Shown: positions 40,335 through 50,996, counted from the first letter of the stretch. The stretch: DNA of 64,000 nucleotides from Gammaproteobacteria bacterium (GCA_028279275.1 JANQOB010000012.1:20203-84202); one strand, 5' to 3'. The notes: generated by a model not told the origin, from the letters alone. Translations and numbers: made by a program.

Positions 40335-41864
40335 GTGGCTGAGCTAACTACGATTGGAACAGAATTTGGGGCCACAAATACGGAAAGCCTACGCACGCCA
40401 CCTTATTCCTTAGAGGCAGAACAAGCTGTAATCGGTGGATTAATTCTCGATAACTCAACCTGGGATCAGGTTGCAGATCGTATCAATGAAAATGATTTTC
40501 ATTTGTTTGCTCATCGATTGATTTTCAGAACGATCGATGAGTTGATTGAAAAACAACAACCCTTTGATGTTCTCACGCTTTCAGATCTATTACGTCAAAA
40601 AGCTGAAATCGCAGATACAAATGTTCTTGCTTATCTCGGTACTCTCGCGAATGAAACTCCAAGTGCTGCAAACATTCGTGCTTACGCTGATATCGTTCGT
40701 GAAAAATCCATTCTAAGACAACTGGTAACGGCAGGAAATGAGATTGCATCCAGTGGTTTGTCTCCGGATGGTCGTGATGTAAATGAATTATTGGATGAAG
40801 CAGAAAAAAAGGTTTTCCAAATTTCTGATCACAGTGTTCATACTGACCAAGGTCCTCAAAACATAAAGTCGTTGCTTAAAACAACGGTTGAGCAAATTGA
40901 TGAGTTGTTTGAGCGTGGCGATCATATAACGGGTTTGCCTAGTGGCTATGACGAATTTGATGAAAAAACTGCAGGTTTGCAAAATGGTGAATTGATTATT
41001 GTTGCAGGTCGCCCATCTATGGGTAAGACCAGTTTTGCCATGAATATTGTTGAGTATGCTGCATTACGAAGTAATGCTTCAGTTGCTATTTTTAGTATGG
41101 AAATGCCTGGTCGTTCGCTTACCATGCGTATGTTGTCTTCTATGGGGCGTATTGATGCACAACGTATACGAACCGGGAAGCTAACCGATGATGATTGGCC
41201 GCGTTTAACCAGCGCCGTATCAATGTTGTCGGAGTCTAATTTATTCATTGATGACACCGCAGCACTGTCTCCTACTGAATTACGCGCACGTGCACGCAGA
41301 TTAAAGCGCGAACATGGTTTGTCTTTAATTGTGGTGGATTATTTACAGCTCATGCAGGTAAGTGGTACTACCGAAAATCGAGCAACGGAAATTTCAGAAA
41401 TATCCCGATCGTTAAAGGCATTGGCGAAAGAATTAGATGTTCCGATTGTTGCTTTATCGCAGTTAAATCGTAGTTTAGAGCAACGCCAAGATAAGCGACC
41501 TGTAATGTCAGATCTTCGTGAGTCGGGCGCTATTGAGCAAGATGCAGATTTGATTGTGTTTATTTATCGCGATGAAGTTTATAACGAAGATTCACCTGAT
41601 CAAGGTACGGCTGAAATCATTGTCGCAAAACAGCGTAATGGTCCGATATTTAAATCTAGATTAACTTTCTTAGGACAATATACTCGATTTGAAAATTATG
41701 TACCTGAGATTTATACAGGTAGCCCGATTGCCGGTGAAGGATATTCCAGCCCGACTACGACGGGCTCAGATGTTTCGATTACAGAACCGAGTTTTTCTGA
41801 ACAGAAGTTTTCAGATAAGGATTTTACTAATAACGATTTTCCTAATGAATTTGATGATGATTAG
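40335..41864 (+). CDS. dnaB: Replicative DNA helicase with ~45-aa C-terminal extension
   Basis: PPYSLEAEQ, GRPSMGKT, VDYLQLM, DLRESGAIEQDAD, KQRNGP; no intein. Confidence 0.97.
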   Translation: MAELTTIGTEFGATNTESLRTPPYSLEAEQAVIGGLILDNSTWDQVADRINENDFHLFAHRLIFRTIDELIEKQQPFDVLTLSDLLRQKAEIADTNVLAYLGTLANETPSAANIRAYADIVREKSILRQLVTAGNEIASSGLSPDGRDVNELLDEAEKKVFQISDHSVHTDQGPQNIKSLLKTTVEQIDELFERGDHITGLPSGYDEFDEKTAGLQNGELIIVAGRPSMGKTSFAMNIVEYAALRSNASVAIFSMEMPGRSLTMRMLSSMGRIDAQRIRTGKLTDDDWPRLTSAVSMLSESNLFIDDTAALSPTELRARARRLKREHGLSLIVVDYLQLMQVSGTTENRATEISEISRSLKALAKELDVPIVALSQLNRSLEQRQDKRPVMSDLRESGAIEQDADLIVFIYRDEVYNEDSPDQGTAEIIVAKQRNGPIFKSRLTFLGQYTRFENYVPEIYTGSPIAGEGYSSPTTTGSDVSITEPSFSEQKFSDKDFTNNDFPNEFDDD

Positions 41865-41903
41865 TAAGATTCTGTATAAAAGCTGTTACTATGAGTTGAT
41901 TGC

Positions 41904-42983
41904 ATGAAGCGTGCAGCATTCGCGCGAATTAACCTAGCCCACCTTAATCATAATCTCGCAACCATACGAAAGGTTGCGAATCAATCAAAAATTATGGCCG
42001 TTGTTAAAGCAAATGCTTATGGCCATGGCATGTTAGAAGTATGTCAAAGTCTTGATGGTGCAGATGCTTTCGCGGTTGCATATGTTAATGAAGCGATGGA
42101 GTTGCGCGAGAATGGTATTCGAAAACCTATAGTGGCTCTGCAAGGCTTTAGCGACTCTGAAGATTTACAAAATGCAATTGCACAAAATATTGATGTGGTT
42201 ATTCACCATGAAGAGCAGTTGAAAATTCTAAAAACACTTTCCACGACAGCAAAATTGGATGTATTAATAAAAATTGATACTGGCATGCATCGTTTAGGAT
42301 TTGCTGTGGAGGAATTTCAAAATGTTTTAAAGCAACTGCAATCACTGCTTCATGAATCTTCGAAAATCAAATTAATGACACACCTGGCATGCGCAGATGA
42401 AATTAACAATTTTGCAACCACTCAGCAACTTGAGCAGTTTGATCTTGTTGTTAAAAATAATACTTTTGAACAGACTATTGCAAATTCCGCCGCTATTTTA
42501 GCTTGGCCAGGGAGCCACCGAGACTGGGTTCGCCCAGGCCTAACTTTATATGGCGTCAATCCTATTGAGCCAACGTACAGGACAGATCCGGTAGATTTAC
42601 GCGCCGTGATGAGTCTTCATGCACCCTTAATTTCAATAAAAAACTGTAAGAAAGGTGAGAAAATTGGTTATGGAGGCGATTTTAGTTGCCCTGAGGATAT
42701 GCTCATAGGCATCATAGCAGTTGGCTATGCAGATGGTTATCCACGACATTTGTGTAATAGACCAAATGTTTTGATCGGCGCACAACTAGCACCTATTGTG
42801 GGTCGAGTGTCGATGGATATGATTGCGATTGATCTTACAGGAGTGGAGACACACATTGGAGCGATTGCTGAACTATGGGGCGAGTCTGTTTCTGTTGAAG
42901 AAGTTGCGAAACATGCTGAAACCATAAGTTATGAATTGTTATGCGCTGCAGGAAATGCGGTAGAAAAAAAATACATTTTATGA
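41904..42983 (+). CDS. alr: Alanine racemase
   Basis: AVVKANAYGHG, DTGMHRLG, GYADGY, GRVSMD. Confidence 0.96.
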   Translation: MKRAAFARINLAHLNHNLATIRKVANQSKIMAVVKANAYGHGMLEVCQSLDGADAFAVAYVNEAMELRENGIRKPIVALQGFSDSEDLQNAIAQNIDVVIHHEEQLKILKTLSTTAKLDVLIKIDTGMHRLGFAVEEFQNVLKQLQSLLHESSKIKLMTHLACADEINNFATTQQLEQFDLVVKNNTFEQTIANSAAILAWPGSHRDWVRPGLTLYGVNPIEPTYRTDPVDLRAVMSLHAPLISIKNCKKGEKIGYGGDFSCPEDMLIGIIAVGYADGYPRHLCNRPNVLIGAQLAPIVGRVSMDMIAIDLTGVETHIGAIAELWGESVSVEEVAKHAETISYELLCAAGNAVEKKYIL

Positions 42984-42995
42984 TGGCGGTGTGAT

Positions 42996-44660
42996 ATGGA
43001 AAAAGTTTGGTTAAAAAGCTATCCAGAAGGCGTTCCCGAATTTGCTGAATTAGATCAGTATAATTCTCTGGCGCATATGTTTGATGAATGTGCAGAACGG
43101 CATAGCCATTTACCCGCGTTTACAAACATGGGTGCAACACTGAGTTTCTCTGAACTCAATATCGAGAGCTATAACTTTGCGGCTTATTTACAGTCAGAAC
43201 TAGGCTGTAATAAAGGTGATCGTGTTGCAATTATGCTCCCCAATATTTTGCAGTTTCCGGTGGCGCTATATGGTGTGTTACGTTCCGGTTGTGTTGCGGT
43301 AGATGTTAATCCACTTTATACCTCGCGCGAGTTGGGTCATTACTTAAAAGATTCTGGCGCTAAAGTTATTGTCATTTTAGAAAATTTTGCAGATGTTTTG
43401 GCTGAAATTATTCATGAAACGGATGTTGAGCATGTAATACTCGCTCGAGTAGGGGATTTGCTCGGTTTCCCAAAATCGCATTTAGTTAATTTTGTTCTTA
43501 AATACGTACAGAAAAAAATTCCCAGTTACTCTCTTAATAAAGTTATTCCATTCAATGAGGTTTTAGCGGTTGGCCAGCAACGTCAATTAATAAAGCCTGA
43601 AATTACGCGTAAGGATCTTGCATTTTTACAATTTACAGGTGGTACAACAGGTTTGGCAAAAGGTGCAATGTTGTCGCATGGAAACTTATTGGCCAACGTT
43701 GCGCAAGCGGGAACTTTTTTTGGTCCAATATTAGAAGAAGGTACTGAAATAGTGATAACGGCTTTACCGCTTTACCACATCTTTTCATTAACTGCGAATT
43801 GCTTTTTGTTTACAAAAATCGGTGGGTTAAATTATTTAATCACGAACCCACGTGATATGAAGGGCTTTGTTAAAGAATTAGGCAAGGTTAAATTTTCTGT
43901 AATCACAGGAGTGAATACATTATTTAATGGATTACTAAATACTGAAGGATTCTCTGAATTAGACTTCTCGCATTTAAAAGTCACCTTAGGTGGAGGAATG
44001 GCGGTGCAAGAATCTGTAGCAACAGAGTGGCATGAAACAACAGGATGTGTTTTAGCTGAGGCTTATGGTTTAACTGAGGCTTCTCCTGCGGTCACTATGA
44101 ACCCTTATAACCTGCAAGAATACAATGGCACGATTGGATTACCGATTCCAAATACTGAAATCTCAATTCAAGATGATGATGGTAATCATCTTGGTATTGA
44201 AGAAGCGGGAGAGCTCTGTGTGCGTGGTCCGCAAGTCATGCAAGGATATTGGAATCGACCCGAAGAAACTAAAAATACCATTAGTGAAGACGGTTGGTTA
44301 AAGACTGGTGATATTGCAATGGTGTCTGAAGATGGCTTTGTGCGTATTGTAGATCGGAAAAAAGATATGATTTTAGTTTCGGGCTTCAATGTGTATCCAA
44401 ATGAAATTGAAAATGTAGTGCAATCGCATAATGGAGTTCTAGAGGTTGCAGCGGTTGGAGTCGATGATGAAGAGTCTGGTGAAGTCGTAAAATTATTTAT
44501 TGTTAAAAAAGATCCTGCGTTGACTGAGGAAGACGTGTTGGAGTACTGCAAGGATCGCCTTACTCGCTATAAGTGGCCTAAATACATTGAATTTCGCGAT
44601 GAATTACCCAAGACGAATGTTGGAAAAATTTTACGTCGTGCATTAAGGGACGGTGAATAG
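42996..44660 (+). CDS. fadD: Long-chain fatty acid-CoA ligase
   Basis: WLKSYP, QFTGGTTGLAKG, YGLTE, GFNVYPNEIE, NVGKILRR. Confidence 0.92.
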   Translation: MEKVWLKSYPEGVPEFAELDQYNSLAHMFDECAERHSHLPAFTNMGATLSFSELNIESYNFAAYLQSELGCNKGDRVAIMLPNILQFPVALYGVLRSGCVAVDVNPLYTSRELGHYLKDSGAKVIVILENFADVLAEIIHETDVEHVILARVGDLLGFPKSHLVNFVLKYVQKKIPSYSLNKVIPFNEVLAVGQQRQLIKPEITRKDLAFLQFTGGTTGLAKGAMLSHGNLLANVAQAGTFFGPILEEGTEIVITALPLYHIFSLTANCFLFTKIGGLNYLITNPRDMKGFVKELGKVKFSVITGVNTLFNGLLNTEGFSELDFSHLKVTLGGGMAVQESVATEWHETTGCVLAEAYGLTEASPAVTMNPYNLQEYNGTIGLPIPNTEISIQDDDGNHLGIEEAGELCVRGPQVMQGYWNRPEETKNTISEDGWLKTGDIAMVSEDGFVRIVDRKKDMILVSGFNVYPNEIENVVQSHNGVLEVAAVGVDDEESGEVVKLFIVKKDPALTEEDVLEYCKDRLTRYKWPKYIEFRDELPKTNVGKILRRALRDGE

Positions 44661-44877
44661 CTGATAACTGCTAATTTTATAGTAACGTTCTGAATGTGTG
44701 TGGAATTATCCACTAGCATCGCATTTATTGCCTAAAAAAATTCCCAAAAAAATATATGGAATTTATAAAAAGTGTGACGTAGTTACGTTGATCAAATGGC
44801 AATAATTCGTGACTATAGGAACTCTTAAAATTTCTAATGAGCCTCTCTGGCGAGGCTGGCTTTGGAGTTGGTCATAA

Positions 44878-45375
44878 GTGAAGTCGTACGAACAATCTGA
44901 AGATTCAGTGAGCGATGCACAGCTTGCATTAGAACGTCGAGATCGTAGTGATCGGCGTCGACCTTCGTTTAAGGGATTTGTCTATGGGTTGTTTTTAGCT
45001 AGACGCCGTGGTCCACGACGCGCAGAAAATTTATATCAATATAGCGACTGGTATGACGTAAAGCTGTTGGTTTTATCGCTGAGTTTATTGTTGCTCTCTT
45101 GTTTAGACGCGGCTATGACAATGAAACTATTGTCTTTAGGGGCAGTGGAACTAAACCCTATTATGAATGAATTGATAAATCAGGGTACGCGTTATTTTAT
45201 TTGGATTAAAATTGCAGTTACAGCATTATGTATCGTCGTGTTAGTTGCACACAATCGCATTAAATTATTTAATTTTTTGCGTGTAGATGTGATGTTAATA
45301 ACTGCAGTTTTTATATATCTTGGATTAGTGACCTACGAGTTTTACCTTTATACTTTAGGCGCTCCTGCAGCTTAA
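44878..45375 (+). CDS. DUF5658-like membrane protein with Arg-rich N-terminus
   Basis: ERRDRSDRR, LSCLDAAMT...GAVELNPIM, three hydrophobic segments. Confidence 0.75.
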   Translation: MKSYEQSEDSVSDAQLALERRDRSDRRRPSFKGFVYGLFLARRRGPRRAENLYQYSDWYDVKLLVLSLSLLLLSCLDAAMTMKLLSLGAVELNPIMNELINQGTRYFIWIKIAVTALCIVVLVAHNRIKLFNFLRVDVMLITAVFIYLGLVTYEFYLYTLGAPAA

Positions 45376-45728
45376 TTTAGCGATTGAATTAAGCTTTCGT
45401 TTGGATCTTGTCTAATCTTCCTTAATTCTCTTTGCCAAAGTTTTATATTTTTTGGACTTATGCCTTTTTCAACGCTGTCTAGCCATTGGTCATGACAGTT
45501 CATAACGAGTTCTAAACCTTCATCAGTAAAATCGGCAACTTTGATTTCTAGTGAGTGCCAATCTTCCATAGTTTTGGGAAGTTTGCATTTATACAAATTG
45601 CTTTCTAGAAAAAAGCCTAACAGCGGTTCATATCTTAATTTGAAATTTTCAATAGCCTCCAATCTGGCTGTGTCATCCATTTCTTCGTGTATGTACCATT
45701 TGCACGCATCAATTGTAAATTCTTTCAT
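45372..45728 (-). CDS. Hypothetical protein (118 aa)
   Basis: Open ORF with AAGGA RBS; DFTDEGLEL...DQWLDSVEKG motif. Confidence 0.75.
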   Translation of the reverse strand: MKEFTIDACKWYIHEEMDDTARLEAIENFKLRYEPLLGFFLESNLYKCKLPKTMEDWHSLEIKVADFTDEGLELVMNCHDQWLDSVEKGISPKNIKLWQRELRKIRQDPNESLIQSLN

Positions 45729-45926
45729 CGCGCGTCCTTTCAGTTAGAAGTTCATGTCCATGTGTTTAGAGGTTCATGTTTATATATTTTTTCATGTATA
45801 GAAAATATATTTCACTAAAGCGCATATTGTTGTTCAATTTATCTTGTGCATACAAACTTTATTTATTCATATCGTCTGGATTTGTTTACCATTTATCCTA
45901 ATTGCATGTAACAATTTGTTAATAAT

Positions 45927-46625
45927 CTAAACTTCAACAATCACGGCATTGAAGTATTGGGCATATACCTCTAAAGCACGATCTTTCGCTAAACCTAAAT
46001 GGTCTGCAAGAGCTAAGTCCATGCCGCGGAAGCTAACTTCAAAATCACTAGAGTTTGTTTCACTTTTTACATAAAAGGGTGACTCTTTGTTATTGAGTAG
46101 AAATATTTTTGCAATAGACTGTTCAATGGGTATATCTAGTGACACATATTGTAGATCTGAGTAATGCTGCTTTGTATGTTCTCTAGCTGCGATAGATATA
46201 TCATCAAAGCGAGCAGTTAATGCAAATGCTTGTTTGCGATCTAGCCAGGTTTCAATATGTTTGCTTTGAATTTCTAATATTTTTTCTGCATGCACACTTC
46301 CTAATTCACTAATTGCGTATACAAAAAAGATATAGAGTTGGTAAAGCTTTATTGCATTTGTAAAAACCGGTATAAAAGATTTGGGAGTTTGGTGGTCTTC
46401 TTGAACAGCATAGTTAAAGGGAGTTAAGTTTTTAAGTAATAAATGCAAAGGATAAAATGCAACACTCTCTATAGTTCTAACTTCACTGCCTACATCTACA
46501 TCTTGGTCGATATGATATTCTTGGAGACTTAAACGTGCAGTAGATTTTCGATTTGCTACTTCATTGGCTGTCAAACCCCATAAGTCTGGAAAATCTGTTG
46601 AATCAATTAATTGCGTCTGACTCAA
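45927..46625 (-). CDS. Hypothetical protein (~232 aa)
   Basis: Long ORF; GGAG RBS before TTG 46625 (the track starts at 46652). Confidence 0.7.
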   Translation of the reverse strand: MSQTQLIDSTDFPDLWGLTANEVANRKSTARLSLQEYHIDQDVDVGSEVRTIESVAFYPLHLLLKNLTPFNYAVQEDHQTPKSFIPVFTNAIKLYQLYIFFVYAISELGSVHAEKILEIQSKHIETWLDRKQAFALTARFDDISIAAREHTKQHYSDLQYVSLDIPIEQSIAKIFLLNNKESPFYVKSETNSSDFEVSFRGMDLALADHLGLAKDRALEVYAQYFNAVIVEV

Positions 46626-46795
46626 GGCGGCACTCCGGAACGATAAATACAATGGAAATGTGTATATTAGAGTGGCTTTTTAATTATCCTCTACAAGCTT
46701 GAGATCGTCCGTTGCAAAGCCGCGATGGAAGGATATTGGCTAGGTATATTTAAATAGAAAATCAGAGCGGTTTGAGTTTTAGGTGTTTATCAGAA

Positions 46796-46811
46796 TGTGA
46801 GGTAGTCCACA
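46796..46811. promoter_or_regulatory. CRP/Vfr-like binding site
   Basis: TGTGA-GGTAGT-CCACA, one mismatch to TGTGA-N6-TCACA, in a long divergent intergenic region. Confidence 0.45.
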
Positions 46812-47355
46812 TCTAGTAGTATTATTATCATTGTATTCCAAAGACTTTTGAATTTTTCCAATAAGGTTGAAATGCTAGATTTTTCTGCCGTGAAAATACA
46901 GAGTAATCGTTGTAGTTCGAATTCAATTTGAAGTCAGTGGTAGGTATAGATTAATGGTGATTCCAAACCATCTGCGTTCGAAAAATTAACTAATAATCTA
47001 CCGTTCATCTGAGGGTAAATTCTGTTGATATAAGCTGAATGTATGAAATCTTATGGAAAATAATGCAACTCATCGGTTCTATTGAGGGTGTGGTAGAGGA
47101 ATTTGACTAAGACTGCTCAGAGCAAGCTTCGAATGATTTAATATTGATAGTAAGCATACTCAATGATGATAAGGGTTTAGACACTTGAGGAGGATGGTTG
47201 ACTATGCTTTAAGGCTTGGGATTTCAATAATTACTGTTATAGTAAGAATTGTTTGAGCATAGAATGAAATTGATAGAATACTAGAGTGTTTTTTGTGATG
47301 CTGCGTTTTACATTAAGTTTGTTTAATTTAGGTTGCTTTAATTAATAGCATTTCC

Positions 47356-49209
47356 ATGACTAGTACTAATTCTGAAACTTTAACGTCTTTATACCGAAGG
47401 CTGGGGATTGTTGTTTTGGAACAGCGGCAAGATAAAAGCCTTTGGTTGATTTCGCCTATGCCTGATTGGTTTCCAATGTTAGCTGAGATAAACGAAGATT
47501 CTAAACAAAGCCAGGTAAGAGCTCTCAAGTCTAATGTTTTAAACTCTTTCGTTGAAAATGATGTTCAAAAGATGTGGTCCAGCGGTCAAGAGAGAAATGT
47601 ATCGTCCATTTGGATTGAATTGGATCCAGCAGAAAATAGTATTCCTTTTCAAGCAACGGCCTTGCGTCAAGTGGATAGCATGCTAATTATTATTGAACAT
47701 GTGCCTGACGCATATGAAGCAAAGCAATCGCAAGCAAAACAAATACGTGAAAACGATTTACTTAAAGAATTATTGGAAGGCAAAAAAGCTGAACAGGCTC
47801 AAAAAATTGCCTCGCGAGAAACAGAGTTAGAGCAGGAAATCAGAGAGCGGCGTGCTTTAGAAAAACAACTTACCCATCTTGCATTTCATGATTCGTTAAC
47901 AGGTTTACCAAATCGATCTCTATTTATCGATCGATTACAAAGATCCATTGCAGAGGCTGAACGAAAAAAAGAATCTGTAGTGGTGATGTTCATAGATTTG
48001 GATGACTTTAAAAAAGTGAATGATTCATTTGGTCATCATGTAGGTGATAAGGTAATTCAAAGCGCAGCATTACGTTTAAAAAAATGTTTGCGCGATATTG
48101 ATTCCATTGCTCGTTTGGGGGGTGACGAATTCACCTTGCTTGTACCACATATAGGTGAACGTGAGGATATAGAAATTATTGCCAGGAGGCTTATTGAATC
48201 CTTAGATGAGCCGATTATCGCGGAGGGTAATGAATTTCGCATGTCGATCAGTATTGGGATTTCAGTTTATCCCAATGATGCCAGCAACGAAGATAATTTA
48301 TTGCGCAATGCAGATACAGCTATGTATTTTGCTAAACATACCCGAGGCCCAAGCTACAAGTTTTATGAGGCAGATATGGGTACTTCGCCATCAAAACGCT
48401 TGGCTTTAGTTTCTGATATCGAGTTGGCATTGCAACAAAAAGAATTTTTCTTGGTTTATCAGCCTATCGTCAATGTGCAGAATATGGAAGTGATGGGTGC
48501 TGAAGCCTTATTGCGTTGGCGGCGTTCAGATGGCGAAATTGTAGAACCTGATCGATTCGTGCCGTTGGCTTGTGAATCGGAACTGATTGTCAAAATTGGT
48601 GTATGGGTGATTAATCAGAGTTGTAATCAACTCAGAAACTGGCGTGGTATTTACGGTGATAAATTTAGAATGATAATAAATTTATCTTTACGTGAACTGG
48701 AGTCTAAAAAGTGTAGAGAAACTTTACGCGAGCAGATGGAAAATATGAATTTACCTCCTGGTTCATTGGAAGTGGAAATTACCGACACAGCACCGATTGA
48801 AAATTCAAACATAATGCAAACGAATGTCGATTTTCTAAAAAGTTTGCATGTCTCAACTGCTATTAATCATTTTGGTGACCGTCAAACTTCTTTGAAGTCC
48901 ATAAAATCGCTTGGGTTACATTCCATAAAAATAGATCGATATTTTTTAAATGGTATTGAATCTGATCAAGATAGTTATGATGTGTTTAATGGTATTGTAA
49001 AACTAAGCTTATCTTTATCAGATAATGTGTTAGTTGAGGGAATTGAGAGCAAAAAACAGCTTGATATCATTCGAAATATGGATGTTAGAGAAGCACAAGG
49101 ATTCTTTTTCACACAACCATTAGAGTCGCACTTTTTTGATCAGTGGATGAAGGAGTTTGATAAAAAACAAAAAACTCAACTCAAGCTTGTGAAGCAAGAG
49201 AAAGCATAG
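47356..49209 (+). CDS. GGDEF + degenerate EAL protein (probable diguanylate cyclase)
   Basis: HDSLTGLPNR, DLDDFKKVND, RDID I-site + GGDEF; EALLRW present but NHFGD replaces DDFGT. Confidence 0.93.
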   Translation: MTSTNSETLTSLYRRLGIVVLEQRQDKSLWLISPMPDWFPMLAEINEDSKQSQVRALKSNVLNSFVENDVQKMWSSGQERNVSSIWIELDPAENSIPFQATALRQVDSMLIIIEHVPDAYEAKQSQAKQIRENDLLKELLEGKKAEQAQKIASRETELEQEIRERRALEKQLTHLAFHDSLTGLPNRSLFIDRLQRSIAEAERKKESVVVMFIDLDDFKKVNDSFGHHVGDKVIQSAALRLKKCLRDIDSIARLGGDEFTLLVPHIGEREDIEIIARRLIESLDEPIIAEGNEFRMSISIGISVYPNDASNEDNLLRNADTAMYFAKHTRGPSYKFYEADMGTSPSKRLALVSDIELALQQKEFFLVYQPIVNVQNMEVMGAEALLRWRRSDGEIVEPDRFVPLACESELIVKIGVWVINQSCNQLRNWRGIYGDKFRMIINLSLRELESKKCRETLREQMENMNLPPGSLEVEITDTAPIENSNIMQTNVDFLKSLHVSTAINHFGDRQTSLKSIKSLGLHSIKIDRYFLNGIESDQDSYDVFNGIVKLSLSLSDNVLVEGIESKKQLDIIRNMDVREAQGFFFTQPLESHFFDQWMKEFDKKQKTQLKLVKQEKA

Positions 49210-50433
49210 CTATGCTGCAGTATAATGTTCTGCAACATAGTTTTGTAAAATTGATTTAAATTCCGACGCGATATTTTCACCTCTCAGAGTGGTGAATTTT
49301 TTTCCATCTATAAAAACCGGCGCAGTAGGCGCTTCGCCTGTTCCGGGTAAACTTATTCCTATATTTGCATGTTTACTTTCACCTGGGCCATTAACAACAC
49401 AACCCATTACTGCAACTTTCATCTCTTCAACACCCGTGTATTGTTGCTTCCATACTTGCATTTGAGACTTTAAATATTCATCGATATCTGCTGCCAGATG
49501 TTGAAAATATTCACTGGTTGTACGTCCACAACCAGGGCATGAAGTAACTTGCGGTGTAAATGAACGAAGCTCCATCATTTGCAGAATTTGTTGAGCTACA
49601 CGCACTTCCTGCGTGCGGTCCCCACCAGGTTCAGGGGTAAGGGAAATGCGAATCGTATCGCCGATGCCTTCTTGCAGTAATACCGATAATGCCGCAGTTG
49701 AAGCTACGATACCTTTGCTGCCCATACCAGCTTCAGTGAGGCCAAGATGTAATGCGTAATCACATTGTTTGGCTAAATCTCGATATACGCGTATCAACGC
49801 CTGAACTTCGCTTAGTTTGCATGAAAGAATGATCTTGTTATGAGCCAAACCTAATTTTTCCGCTAGTGCAGCGCTTTCCAATGCGGATGCGATGAGTGCA
49901 TCATGCATCACTTCGGGTAGACTCTTTGGTTGTTTGGATTGTGAGTTTTCATCCAACTTCTTGGCTAACAGATCTTGGTCTAAGCTGCCCCAATTGACTC
50001 CAATGCGTATCGGTTTTTCATGTTTACATGCAATTTCGATAATTTCTGTAAATTGTTTGTCATGTAAGTCACCGCGACCAATATTTCCAGGATTAATTCG
50101 GTACTTATCGAGTGCTTGTGCACATTCCGCATACTTACTCAGTAATCGCCCACCATTAAAATGAAAATCGCCAACAATAGGAACATTGATATTTGTTTGT
50201 TGCAGTTGCTCATAAATTTTTGGCACTGCCTGGGCTGCATCTTTGTTGTTGACAGTAATACGTACAATTTCAGATCCTGCATTGGCTAGGTCAGTAATTT
50301 GCGCTACCGTTTTGTTTACATCTGCAGTATCAGTGTTAGTCATGGACTGAACTACAATGGGCGCATGCCCCCCTACGGTTACATTTCCTACTTGTACAGC
50401 TGTGCTATTGCGTCGAAAATTCATTGAGCTCAT
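49210..50433 (-). CDS. ispG: HMBPP synthase IspG
   Basis: [39 protein letters not shown]. Confidence 0.97.
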   Translation of the reverse strand: MSSMNFRRNSTAVQVGNVTVGGHAPIVVQSMTNTDTADVNKTVAQITDLANAGSEIVRITVNNKDAAQAVPKIYEQLQQTNINVPIVGDFHFNGGRLLSKYAECAQALDKYRINPGNIGRGDLHDKQFTEIIEIACKHEKPIRIGVNWGSLDQDLLAKKLDENSQSKQPKSLPEVMHDALIASALESAALAEKLGLAHNKIILSCKLSEVQALIRVYRDLAKQCDYALHLGLTEAGMGSKGIVASTAALSVLLQEGIGDTIRISLTPEPGGDRTQEVRVAQQILQMMELRSFTPQVTSCPGCGRTTSEYFQHLAADIDEYLKSQMQVWKQQYTGVEEMKVAVMGCVVNGPGESKHANIGISLPGTGEAPTAPVFIDGKKFTTLRGENIASEFKSILQNYVAEHYTAA

Positions 50434-50552
50434 AGTTGAGATCGATATGTATATAATTTAAATAACTATGCAGAATAGTAACTCATTAGGATCATATTGC
50501 GAGTAGAATTAAGCAATAAGATCTATAAAAACCCTATATTTTTTAACCCATC

Positions 50553-50969
50553 ATGTTTTGGCAAGATACACTAATACTGCAATCTACTGGTCGTGGTACT
50601 TATGAGGTCACGCGCAAGATCGAAAATATGATCCGTGACTCGGGTGTGAAACAAGGGCTCTGTCATATATTTATTAGACATACGAGTGCTTCATTAATTA
50701 TCAGTGAAAATGCTGATCCTGCTGTACATCGTGATTTAGAAACATTTATGTCAAAACTTAGTCCAGATGGAGATCCGATGTTTACACACTGTTCAGAAGG
50801 TGATGATGATATGCCAGCGCATGTACGTTCCGTACTCACACAAACCGAATTAAATATACCGATTACAAAAGGGTCTTCTGGCTTAGGAACATGGCAAGGA
50901 ATTTATTTATGGGAGCACCGAACATCACCTCACCAAAGAAAAATAATCGTTACTATTCACGGACAATAA
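50553..50969 (+). CDS. yjbQ: YjbQ / UPF0047 family protein
   Basis: HTSASL..EN.DP, DDMPAH, LGTWQGIYLWEH. Confidence 0.92.
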   Translation: MFWQDTLILQSTGRGTYEVTRKIENMIRDSGVKQGLCHIFIRHTSASLIISENADPAVHRDLETFMSKLSPDGDPMFTHCSEGDDDMPAHVRSVLTQTELNIPITKGSSGLGTWQGIYLWEHRTSPHQRKIIVTIHGQ

Positions 50970-50996
50970 GTCATTACTCGTGTTTGAAATACTTAT

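Noticed and set aside
40335-41864. Intein in DnaB explaining its extra length
   Set aside because: Helicase motifs are contiguous; the extra length is the C-terminal tail.
44773-44788. CRP site upstream of the DUF5658-like gene
   Set aside because: Only the TGTGA half matches; the second half-site is poor.
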